Source: Crocosphaera subtropica ATCC 51142 (lineage in GTDB: Bacteria > Cyanobacteriota > Cyanobacteriia > Cyanobacteriales > Microcystaceae). From it: 32,000 bases of DNA. The stretch spans positions 3,960,001 to 3,992,000 of the forward strand of contig NC_010546.1 of assembly GCF_000017845.1 (NCBI RefSeq), read 5' to 3'. The notes below the pieces were generated by a model, which did no database searches, had not been told where the DNA came from, and saw only the letters and a list, made by a program, of their open reading frames with translations. This document shows positions 18,449 through 26,799 of this stretch, in pieces (position 1 is the stretch's first letter; every line of letters begins with the position of its first letter). A program made the position numbers and the translations under genes.

Positions 18449-19699
18449 TTGAGCAGTTCGTCAGATATTATTATTATTGGAGGAGGAGCAGCCGGATTTT
18501 TAGCAGCAATTGTCTGCGCCGAAAATAATCCTCAAACTCGAATAACAATACTTGAAGCAAGCGCAAACGTGTTAAAAAAAGTTCGTGTTTCTGGGGGAGG
18601 CCGTTGCAATGTTACTCATCACTGTTTTGATCCAGCACAATTAGTTACTTATTATCCTCGTGGGGGTAAAGAGTTAAGAGGGGCATTTACTCGCTTTCAA
18701 CCTAGAGATATAATCAACTGGTTTGAGAAAAAAGGAGTCCCTTTAAAAACCGAATCTGACGGTCGTGTTTTTCCTGTAACTGATAATTCAGAAACCATTG
18801 TTAATTGTTTATTCAACGAAGTAGAAAAAGCTAACATTAACCTTAAAGTTAAGTCGGAAGTGCTTGGGTTAAAGTCAGAAAATAATCAGTTTAAACTTCA
18901 ACTCAAAAACGGAGAAATTCTGGAAGCTAAGGGGGTTTTATTAGCAACAGGAAGTAGTCCAAAAGGTTATCAATTAGCTAAGTCTTTAGGTCATGAAATT
19001 ATTAAACCTCTTCCTTCTTTATTTACTTTTAAAATTGAAGATGTACGTTTCAAAGGATTAGAAGGAGTGGCTGTTAATCAAGTCGGATTAAAATTGTTAG
19101 GAAAAGGAAAAAAGCAACAACCGCAACAGGTGGGTTCTCTTCTGATTACTCATTGGGGAATCAGTGGTTTTGGCGTTCTTAAATTATCAGCATTCGGAGC
19201 GAAAATTTTAGCAGAAAATAATTATCGAATGTTACTGTCAATTAATTGGCTTTTTCCTAAAACTCCTGAGCAAGTTAAAGATCAATTACTAGAAATTAAA
19301 GATAAAAATACTCAATCCCGTCAGCAAATTAGTTCTTTTTGTCCTCTACCTTTACCCAAAAGACTGTGGCAAAAACTGCTAGAGTTTGTTGATATTGAAC
19401 CCCAAAAAAAATGGTCTGAAATTTCTAAAAAGGATATTATTAAACTAGCTCAAGAATTATCTCAAGGAAAGTATCAAATTTTGGGTAAAGGAGTTTTTAA
19501 AGATGAATTTGTGACTTGTGGAGGGGTAAAGCTAAAAGAAGTTAATTTTTCAACGATGGAAAGTAAAATTTGCCCTAATCTATATTTCGCCGGAGAAATT
19601 TTAGACATAGATGGAGTAACTGGAGGATTTAATTTTCAAAGTGCTTGGACTACAGGTTGGTTAGCAGGAAAAGCTTTGAGTAAATCTTTTTATTCTTAA
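18449..19699 (+). CDS. HI0933/YhiN-type FAD-dependent oxidoreductase (aminoacetone-oxidase-like family)
   Basis: TTG start. N-terminal Rossmann IIIIGGGAAGFLAAI, family motif SGGGRCNVTH and C-terminal GEILDIDGVTGGFNFQSAWTTG. Confidence 0.85.
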   Translation: MSSSSDIIIIGGGAAGFLAAIVCAENNPQTRITILEASANVLKKVRVSGGGRCNVTHHCFDPAQLVTYYPRGGKELRGAFTRFQPRDIINWFEKKGVPLKTESDGRVFPVTDNSETIVNCLFNEVEKANINLKVKSEVLGLKSENNQFKLQLKNGEILEAKGVLLATGSSPKGYQLAKSLGHEIIKPLPSLFTFKIEDVRFKGLEGVAVNQVGLKLLGKGKKQQPQQVGSLLITHWGISGFGVLKLSAFGAKILAENNYRMLLSINWLFPKTPEQVKDQLLEIKDKNTQSRQQISSFCPLPLPKRLWQKLLEFVDIEPQKKWSEISKKDIIKLAQELSQGKYQILGKGVFKDEFVTCGGVKLKEVNFSTMESKICPNLYFAGEILDIDGVTGGFNFQSAWTTGWLAGKALSKSFYS

Positions 19700-19827
19700 A
19701 AGTAATTCGAGACTTAATGGGTTAGCTTTACTTTAGATTGATAATTGAAAACGTTGTTGTTTATAGTCATACTCATCTTCATATTCTATTGTGCCAAATA
19801 ATTCGGTGATTTCTAATTGAGCTATCC

Positions 19828-19865
19828 AAAAAAAAGTTTGGTAAAAGTGAAAACTTCTACCAAAC
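19828..19865 (-). terminator. Rho-independent terminator of rpoC1
   Basis: On the minus strand: 8-bp stem GTTTGGTA/TACCAAAC with a 14-nt loop, immediately followed by U8 (plus-strand A8 at 19828-19835). It lies 25 nt downstream of the rpoC1 stop. Confidence 0.7.
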
Positions 19866-19889
19866 CTATCAATCATTCTTGATTGCTTT

Positions 19890-21776
19890 TTAGGCGACAG
19901 TTAAAGCATCTTGGATAGTCTTGTTATAAATAATCCGTCCAGGGGTAGTCCGAATAAATTGAGAAACCGCCTCACCGTCTATTTCCCTCACCCGACGTTC
20001 TCGATAATGTTTGATAACACTACCATCTTCTAAGGTTTCTGTTTTTAAGACCTCAGTATCCGGCAGGTCTGTGACGACTTCTTCGTTGGGATCTTCTGAA
20101 CGTAACCACACATAGGCGTGTAAGTCTACCAGTCCATGTTCAAATGCTTTAACTGCATCGTCGATATTGCCAAAATAACGCCCGTTTCCTTTTTGGGATT
20201 GGGGGTTTTCTGCAGTTAAATAATAACAGCCGAGTACCATGTCCTGAGAGGGTGCAACAATGGGCTTACCCGTTGCAGGAGATAGGATATTATGACAAGC
20301 TAACATCAACAGTCTCGCTTCGGCTTGGGATTCCAAAGACAGAGGAACGTGAACCGCCATTTGGTCCCCGTCAAAGTCAGCGTTAAACGCAGGACAAACC
20401 AAAGGATGTAACTGAATAGCCCGACCTTCCACTAAAATAGGTTCAAAGGCTTGAATCCCTAAACGGTGTAGGGTTGGGGCGCGGTTTAAGAGGACAGGGT
20501 GTCCGGTAATCACTTCTTCTAGGACGTTCCAAACACTGGGATCACCTTTAATAATCAGCTTTTTGGCCGCTTTGATATTATTGACTAATCCTAAGCGAAT
20601 AAGACGATGAATCACGAAGGGTTGGAATAATTCGATCGCCATTTCACGGGGTAAGCCACATTGATAAATTTTCAGTTTTGGCCCCACCACGATTACAGAA
20701 CGACCAGAATAGTCCACCCGTTTTCCTAAGAGGTTTTGACGGAAACGCCCTTGTTTTCCTTCAATAATATCGGATAGGGATTTCAATGGACGATTGTTAG
20801 CCCCAACAACAGTCCGGCCTCGTCTTCCGTTATCAATTAAAGCATCTACTGCTTCTTGTAACATCCGTTTTTCGTTACGGACAATGATTTCCGGTGCGAG
20901 AATCTCTTGTAAGCGGGCTAAACGGTTATTACGGTTAATTACCCGTCGATAAAGGTCATTGAGGTCTGAGGTGGCAAAACGACCCCCGTCTAACTGTACC
21001 ATGGGACGTAAATCTGGGGGAATAACGGGGATAACGTCTAATACCATCCACGCAGGTAATGAACCTGTAGCGATAAAGTTATCAATTACCCGTAAACGTT
21101 TAATCAGTTTGGCCCGTTTCTGTCCTTTACTTTGGGCGATTTCTTCCCGTAAGATTTCGGCAATTTCTTCTAGGTTCATTTCTTGCAGTAACCGTTGAAT
21201 GGCTTCTGCACCGATACCCACTTCTATGCCATATAAGTCGGAATCTTCGGCATAAATCTGATCTTCAATTTCAATCCATTGATCTTCAGTTAAGAGTTGC
21301 TTATAACTTAAATTACTGGCATTCCCCGGATCTAAAACCACATAGGCGTTAAAGTAAACAATTTGTTCTACATCCCGTAAAGCCATATCCAGTAAAATAC
21401 TCATGTAACTGGGAATTCCTTTGAGATACCAGACATGAGTCACAGGGGCTGCTAATTTAATATAGCCCATGCGATGACGACGAACACGGGATTCAGTAAC
21501 TTCGACTCCACACCGTTCGCAAACAATACCTCGGTGACGAACCCGTTTATATTTACCACACCAACATTCCCAGTCTTTCGACGGACCAAAAATCCGCTCA
21601 CAAAATAGTCCGTCCATCTCCGGTTTTAAAGTCCTGTAGTTGATGGTTTCGGGTTTGGTCACTTCTCCGACCACAACCCCATTTGGAAGGGTTCTTTCTC
21701 CCCATTGGCGAACCCGTTCGGGGGAAGCTAACCCAATTTTTACATAGTCGAATCTTGTATCTTGTGCTGGTTTCAT
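19890..21776 (-). CDS. rpoC1: DNA-directed RNA polymerase gamma subunit (N-terminal half of beta-prime)
   Basis: 628 aa with zinc-finger region [35 protein letters not shown] and catalytic [16 protein letters not shown]. It ends where cyanobacterial gamma subunits end. Confidence 0.95.
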   Translation of the reverse strand: MKPAQDTRFDYVKIGLASPERVRQWGERTLPNGVVVGEVTKPETINYRTLKPEMDGLFCERIFGPSKDWECWCGKYKRVRHRGIVCERCGVEVTESRVRRHRMGYIKLAAPVTHVWYLKGIPSYMSILLDMALRDVEQIVYFNAYVVLDPGNASNLSYKQLLTEDQWIEIEDQIYAEDSDLYGIEVGIGAEAIQRLLQEMNLEEIAEILREEIAQSKGQKRAKLIKRLRVIDNFIATGSLPAWMVLDVIPVIPPDLRPMVQLDGGRFATSDLNDLYRRVINRNNRLARLQEILAPEIIVRNEKRMLQEAVDALIDNGRRGRTVVGANNRPLKSLSDIIEGKQGRFRQNLLGKRVDYSGRSVIVVGPKLKIYQCGLPREMAIELFQPFVIHRLIRLGLVNNIKAAKKLIIKGDPSVWNVLEEVITGHPVLLNRAPTLHRLGIQAFEPILVEGRAIQLHPLVCPAFNADFDGDQMAVHVPLSLESQAEARLLMLACHNILSPATGKPIVAPSQDMVLGCYYLTAENPQSQKGNGRYFGNIDDAVKAFEHGLVDLHAYVWLRSEDPNEEVVTDLPDTEVLKTETLEDGSVIKHYRERRVREIDGEAVSQFIRTTPGRIIYNKTIQDALTVA

Positions 21777-22081
21777 GTTTGATGGTTCTCAACAATAGGA
21801 AAAACGATTGATTTTCATCTTTGCTTGACGAAAGTTGTTTAATGTCTCAGTAGTTATATGGGGGAGACACAGCAAAAGGAAAACATGGGATAGGGCTGAC
21901 TAATCCGTATCTATATCTTAAAAAGTATGTGTTTGAATGGCACAACAGTAAATTAAGTCTTGATTTAGGTCAAGACTCTCCTCTCTCTAGCTATTGGGCA
22001 ATATGCTATCATACACATTTTTTAGCCTCTAGATCAATATGATAGTCAGAAAATAGCCACTTTGTTAACTTTAAAAGCGTT

Positions 22082-22124
22082 TTGTCAATAGTTTGTTGAC
22101 AAGATTTAACATTCTTGTTACATT
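22082..22124 (+). promoter_or_regulatory. Sigma70-type promoter TTGACA-17-TACATT with an overlapping operator-like palindrome TTGTCAA-N7-TTGACAA
   Basis: -35 TTGACA at 22096-22101, a 17-nt spacer, and -10 TACATT at 22119-22124. The 7-bp inverted repeat arms at 22082-22088 and 22096-22102 are exact reverse complements. Confidence 0.4.
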
Positions 22125-22130
22125 ACTTAA

Positions 22131-22261
22131 TACAGGGACAGTAAACAAATTCTTTATTTACAGGGGCTTTGTTTGCGATCTAAAATCGTGTGATTTCGGT
22201 ATCTCCCATTGATATTGAGTTCTCCTAGAATACCTCGGTGATGTACCGAGGTTTTTTGTTT
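22131..22261 (+). ncRNA. Candidate ~130-nt non-coding transcript, either an orphan sRNA or a terminated 5' leader
   Basis: It is bounded by the promoter above and a canonical intrinsic terminator. There is no ORF longer than a few codons. It contains an internal AAACAAA/TTTGTTT stem and an unpaired CUCCU just before the terminator. I do not recognise it as a known RNA family. Confidence 0.35.
22232..22261 (+). terminator. Rho-independent terminator
   Basis: 8-bp perfect stem ACCTCGGT/ACCGAGGT with a 5-nt loop GATGT, followed by TTTTTGTTT. Confidence 0.7.
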
Positions 22262-22277
22262 ATCGGGAAACAGGGAA

Positions 22278-22436
22278 TTATGAGTCAATTTCAATAGGGG
22301 TACAACTAACTAATAAATAATCTTGTAAAACGGGGTTTTCACGATACATTCTAAATTTTTTGCCTCTGTCATAAGCTTCTGCACTATCTGATAAAACTTC
22401 AACAATTAAGCAGGGATAAGTAATATAGTATCGTTG
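22278..22436 (-). pseudogene. Remnant of a Uma2-family (DUF820) endonuclease gene
   Basis: The minus-strand frame reads QRYYITYPCLIVEVLSDSAEAYDRGKKFRMYRENPVLQDYLLVSCTPIEIDS*. The P-x-L-[IV]-VEVLS-x-S...DRG-KF..Y core is typical of the middle of ~190-aa Uma2 proteins. There is no start codon and an upstream in-frame stop, so only about 52 codons survive. Confidence 0.5.
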
Positions 22437-22614
22437 TTAATTAGGCATTAAAAAAATTTTTGACTTTTCCTTAACCCTACAAACTTTAAGGATGCTGTTA
22501 TAGTTATAATTGTACCATAATATTTTTAGCTTGATCTAGAGAAAGATTAATTGCTTTTAAAAGTCTTAATCAATTGTGTTTTGTAAAGAGTAATTTTCTT
22601 AACTTGTTTACCTT

Positions 22615-25600
22615 ATGAACTCTAAATTTAACCCCTCCCGTCTCGGTATTAGTGGTTTAGCAATTCGTCAACATATTGGCACTTTAATGTTAACCTTAGC
22701 AGTAATGATAGTGGGAATTTTTTTTGTTACCACTATTCAGGTTGACTTACTTCCTTCTATTACTTATCCTCGCATTGGTGTCCGTATCGAAACCCCTGGT
22801 ATTGCCCCAGAAGTTGCCATAGATGAAATTACTAGACCCCTCGAACAAGCGTTATCAGCAACGGAAGGCGTAGAACAGGTTTATTCTCAAACCCGTGAAA
22901 ATCGTGTCAGGTTAGACCTTTATTTTAAGGTAGGTGGCGATATTGATCAATCGTTAAATGATGCCACAGCAGCTTTAAACCGTGCGAGGAATAATTTACC
23001 TGATAATTTAGAACCACCTCGTCTGTTTAAATATGATCCCTCTCAGTTACCCGTATACGAGTTTGCTTTAACTTCATCTATTAAAAAAGATGTAGATTTA
23101 AGGGTGTTTGCCGACGAGGAATTAGCCAGAGAGTTAACGGTGATTCCTGGGGTTGCCTCTGTGGATGTTTCGGGGGGTGTTGAAGAAGAAGTTAGGGTTA
23201 ATATTGATTTAGATCGTTTACAAGCTTTAGGTGTTGGTTTACGGGATGTTTTAGATGAGTTGGAAGAAAGAAACCAAGATGTAGCCGGCGGACGTTTATT
23301 AGGAGAAAATGGGGAACCTTTAACTCGTGCAGTGGGACGGTTTAAAACAGCCGAAGAAATTCGTAATTTATCTTTTGCGGTGCATAATAACGGAGAAAAT
23401 GGAGTATCACAAAGAGTTTATTTAAGGGATTTTGCCGAAGTTATTGATGGGACAGAAGATCAAAGAATTTTTGTCTCTTTAAATGGAACCCCTGCGGTTA
23501 AACTGAGTGTTCAAAAACAACCTGATGCTAATACCATTGAAGTGGTTAATAGGGTCAAAGAAAAAATAAAAAATTTAACCGAAAGTAATATTATTACGGA
23601 TGATATGACGCTGGTGACAACGTTAGATGAATCAATTTTTATTGAAAATTCTATCCAAAATGTAATTAATTCTGGCTTGATCGGTACGGGTTTAGCTGCA
23701 CTGGCAGTTCTCTTATTTTTAGGATCATTGCGTCAAACGTTTATCATTGTTGTGTCTATCCCTTTGGCTACTTTAGGGGCAGTTATTTTAATGAAAATAT
23801 TTGGCTTATCCCTCAATGTTTTTAGTTTAGGGGGATTAGCTTTAGGGGTTGGTATTGTGGTAGATAACTCCATTGTGATGTTAGAAACCATTGCTGAGGG
23901 TGTAGGGGTTGTTCCAGGAAAAAAGAGCAAAAGTCGTTTAACTTCTCAAGACTTAATTAATAAATCAATCAGTAGCAGTCAAACAGTAGAGTCTGCTTTA
24001 ATTGCCTCGACTAGCACAAATTTAGTAGCTGTTTTACCCTTTTTGATGATTGGAGGCTTTATTTCGTTACTATTTAATGAACTGATTTTAACTATTAGCT
24101 TTGCTGTTGCTGCTTCGATTTTAGTAGCGTTGACTATTGTACCAATGTTAACCTCCAGATTATTATCTATTCGTTGGTCAAGTGGGTTACATAAATTCTG
24201 GCCATTATACTGGTTTAATCAAGGATTTAAGCAGTTAACTAAAAGTTATCAATGGTTTCTTGCCCAGCTGCTTAAACTACGCTGGATAGTGATTATTATT
24301 GCATTTGTTGTTTTGGGAGGAAGTAGTCTTAATTTAGCCCAACAAATTCCTCAAGAAATTTTACCAAGGATTAATACGGGACAAGCCCAGTTGATTGCTC
24401 AATTTCCTCCGAATACTTCCCTAGAAACCAATCGTAAGGTGATGGAAGTTACAGAAGAGATTTTTCTGCAACAGCCAGAAACTCAATTTGTTTTTAGCAC
24501 ATCAGGAGGGTATTTATTTGGATCGAATACCACAGAAAATGTCTTACGAGGAACAAGTAATATTACTCTGAAACCTGGAACCAATGTCCAAGCATACACT
24601 GATAGAGTCAGTCAAGAATTTGATAAATTAAATTTAGTTGATATTCGCTTGCGAGTCTTTCCTGATGGGGTAAGAGGGTTAATCTTAAATAACTCCCCCG
24701 TTAGACGGGCAGATATCGATTTAATCTTACAAGGAAACGATCAAAATAGTTTAGATGAGGCAGGAGAAACCATCTTAAACGTATTAGGAGAAAAGGCAAC
24801 CCTAGCACAATTTAGTCCTGATGGTGATCCTCGTCAACCCGAAGTACAAATACGCCCAGATCCTGAGCGATTAGCTACTTTTGGCTTAAATATTGCTGAT
24901 ATTCAAGATTCTCTTGAAACTGCTATCCAAGGTATTGTTGCTACTCGCTTACAAAGGGAAAATCGTCTGGTTGATATTCGAGTACAATTAGATCGCAGTG
25001 TTATTAATCGTCCCTCTGAATTAAAAGATATTCCCTTGTTTACGGAAGGAAATCGTCAAATTCGCTTAGGGGATGTAGCAAAAATTGAAAAAGGAAAAGC
25101 TCCCGCCGAAATTCAACGAATTAATCAGCGTCAAGTATTTATCATAGAAGGAAATTTAACCGAAGGGGCGACTTTGGGAACTGCATTGCAAGAAATGAAG
25201 GCAATTTTAGATACCATCGACTTACCAGAAGGGGTGAGGGTTTTGCCTAGTTATGCTGAACAAAGTAGCAAAGAATTACAATCTGCATTGCTGATTTTAG
25301 GTGCATTAGCTGCCTTTTTAGTCTTCGTGGTTATGGCGGTACAATATAATTCTTTAGTGGACCCTTTAGTGATTATGTTAACCCTTCCCTTGGCATTAAG
25401 TGGAGGTATTTTGGGATTATATATCACCCAAACTGCTATCGGTGCAACGGTAGTTGTAGGGGCAATTTTATTAGTAGGAATTGTAGTAAATAATGCCATT
25501 GTCTTGATAGAATTAGCCAATCAAATTAGACTCGAAAAAAATTGTGATCGCCGAACCGCAATTATTGAAGCAGCCCCCCAAAGATTACGCCCTATTTTGA

Positions 25601-25884
25601 TGACAACTATTACCACAGTTTTAGGGATGTTACCCTTAGCAATAGGGGGAGGAGAAGGGGGAGAATTTTTACAACCTTTGGGTATTGTTGTCTTTTCTGG
25701 GTTATCCTTAGCAACGTTATTAACCCTATTTATTATTCCTTGTTTTTACATTTTACTGCACGATATCTTTAGTCTAGGAAGTAGTAAAAAGAAACAGCAA
25801 AAACCTGAATTTTCTCTAACCCTAGAACCAGAAAAAAAGGATAAAATTAGTTACAAAAAAATTACGACTAAAAATAAACCTTAG
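22615..25884 (+). CDS. RND efflux transporter permease (AcrB/HAE-type), with no adjacent membrane-fusion or outer-membrane partner
   Basis: 1089 aa with twelve-TM, two-large-loop RND layout (N-terminal ...AIRQHIGTLMLTLAVMIVGIFF, GLALGVGIVVDNSIVMLE, VGIVVNNAIVLIE...). It has a Lys-rich C-terminal tail. Confidence 0.9.
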   Translation: MNSKFNPSRLGISGLAIRQHIGTLMLTLAVMIVGIFFVTTIQVDLLPSITYPRIGVRIETPGIAPEVAIDEITRPLEQALSATEGVEQVYSQTRENRVRLDLYFKVGGDIDQSLNDATAALNRARNNLPDNLEPPRLFKYDPSQLPVYEFALTSSIKKDVDLRVFADEELARELTVIPGVASVDVSGGVEEEVRVNIDLDRLQALGVGLRDVLDELEERNQDVAGGRLLGENGEPLTRAVGRFKTAEEIRNLSFAVHNNGENGVSQRVYLRDFAEVIDGTEDQRIFVSLNGTPAVKLSVQKQPDANTIEVVNRVKEKIKNLTESNIITDDMTLVTTLDESIFIENSIQNVINSGLIGTGLAALAVLLFLGSLRQTFIIVVSIPLATLGAVILMKIFGLSLNVFSLGGLALGVGIVVDNSIVMLETIAEGVGVVPGKKSKSRLTSQDLINKSISSSQTVESALIASTSTNLVAVLPFLMIGGFISLLFNELILTISFAVAASILVALTIVPMLTSRLLSIRWSSGLHKFWPLYWFNQGFKQLTKSYQWFLAQLLKLRWIVIIIAFVVLGGSSLNLAQQIPQEILPRINTGQAQLIAQFPPNTSLETNRKVMEVTEEIFLQQPETQFVFSTSGGYLFGSNTTENVLRGTSNITLKPGTNVQAYTDRVSQEFDKLNLVDIRLRVFPDGVRGLILNNSPVRRADIDLILQGNDQNSLDEAGETILNVLGEKATLAQFSPDGDPRQPEVQIRPDPERLATFGLNIADIQDSLETAIQGIVATRLQRENRLVDIRVQLDRSVINRPSELKDIPLFTEGNRQIRLGDVAKIEKGKAPAEIQRINQRQVFIIEGNLTEGATLGTALQEMKAILDTIDLPEGVRVLPSYAEQSSKELQSALLILGALAAFLVFVVMAVQYNSLVDPLVIMLTLPLALSGGILGLYITQTAIGATVVVGAILLVGIVVNNAIVLIELANQIRLEKNCDRRTAIIEAAPQRLRPILMTTITTVLGMLPLAIGGGEGGEFLQPLGIVVFSGLSLATLLTLFIIPCFYILLHDIFSLGSSKKKQQKPEFSLTLEPEKKDKISYKKITTKNKP

Positions 25885-25906
25885 TTAAAACAGTTATTGA
25901 AGGCTT

Positions 25907-26773
25907 ATGAATAAAGCAAAATCTTGGTTTAAAAATAGAGTTTGTATCTTAGCCACCATGCACAAAAAAGAAAAAGTCATGGCTTCACTTTTAGAAGACA
26001 AGATACAGATGAAAGTTATTGTCCCTGATAACTTTAATACCGATCAATTTGGTACATTTACCAGAGAAATAAAGCGTCTAGGAAATCAAACCGAAGCAGC
26101 CCGTTTTAAAGCCCAAAAAGCCTTAGAAATTACAGGAGAAACTCTCGCCATTACTAGCGAAGGTAGCTTTTTTCCTCATCCTAGTATTCCTTTTGTTAGT
26201 TGTAATAGAGAATTAGTTTTGTTACTAGATACCGTCAATGAAATTGAAATTATAGCCACAGAATTATCTTTTGATACTAATCATTCTCACACCTCTATTC
26301 AAACCGTTGAAGAAGCCTTGTCTTTTGCTAAAAAGGTTGGCTTTCCTGATCATGGTTTAGTGGTTATGTCAAGGGCTGATCCCGAAAAAAGCGAGAAAAT
26401 TTTTAAAGGAATTACTAACAAAAAAGAATTAATTGATACCGTGAAAATAACCCTTAACTCTTCTCCTGAAAATAAAGCTCATATTGAAACAGATATGAGG
26501 GCAATGTATAATCCCACTCGCATGAAAGTCATTGCTAAAACCACTGAAACTTTAATTAACAAAATACTTACTACCTGTCCTAATTGTGATGTTCCTGGAT
26601 TTGATATTGTTGACACTAAACCAGGTTTACCCTGTCAAATGTGTCATTTTCCTACTACTTTAATTAAATCAGAAGTTTATCAATGTCAAAAGTGTCATCA
26701 CCAGGAAATTAGAGATTATCCTAATGATCTTAAATATGCTGATCCCATGTATTGTAATTATTGTAATCCTTAA
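25907..26773 (+). CDS. Conserved hypothetical protein with a C-terminal four-CxxC (double zinc-ribbon-like) region
   Basis: 288-aa soluble protein. The C-terminal 65 aa contain CPNC, CQMC, CQKC and CNYC. The N-terminal part (RVCILATMHKKEKV...DQFGTFTREI...ITSEGSFFPHPSIPF) reminds me of an uncharacterised DUF family (possibly DUF6671), but I cannot verify that. It lies 22 nt after the RND gene and 26 nt before the MFS gene. Confidence 0.6.
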   Translation: MNKAKSWFKNRVCILATMHKKEKVMASLLEDKIQMKVIVPDNFNTDQFGTFTREIKRLGNQTEAARFKAQKALEITGETLAITSEGSFFPHPSIPFVSCNRELVLLLDTVNEIEIIATELSFDTNHSHTSIQTVEEALSFAKKVGFPDHGLVVMSRADPEKSEKIFKGITNKKELIDTVKITLNSSPENKAHIETDMRAMYNPTRMKVIAKTTETLINKILTTCPNCDVPGFDIVDTKPGLPCQMCHFPTTLIKSEVYQCQKCHHQEIRDYPNDLKYADPMYCNYCNP

Positions 26774-26799
26774 ATTTCTCAAAAATATAATAAATAAAA

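Noticed and set aside
19733-19876. 47-aa minus-strand ORF (MIDRFGRSFHFYQTFFWIAQLEITELFGTIEYEDEYDYKQQRFQLSI) just downstream of rpoC1
   Set aside because: It runs straight through the rpoC1 terminator hairpin and U-tract, and its N-terminal half is junk-like. The acidic C-terminal part might be a relic of some small gene, but I cannot assign it.
19890-21776. rpoC1 as a truncated or pseudogenised beta-prime (only 628 aa)
   Set aside because: Cyanobacteria naturally split beta-prime into gamma (rpoC1) and beta-prime (rpoC2). The ORF is intact, with all N-terminal beta-prime motifs.
20959-21795. Short ORFs 20959..21198(+) and 21598..21795(-)
   Set aside because: Both overlap rpoC1, one of the most conserved genes in the window. 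They are shadow ORFs.
23733-25520. Short ORFs 23733..23930(-) and 25251..25520(-)
   Set aside because: They are antisense to TM-rich parts of the RND gene. Hydrophobic codon bias keeps the opposite strand open.
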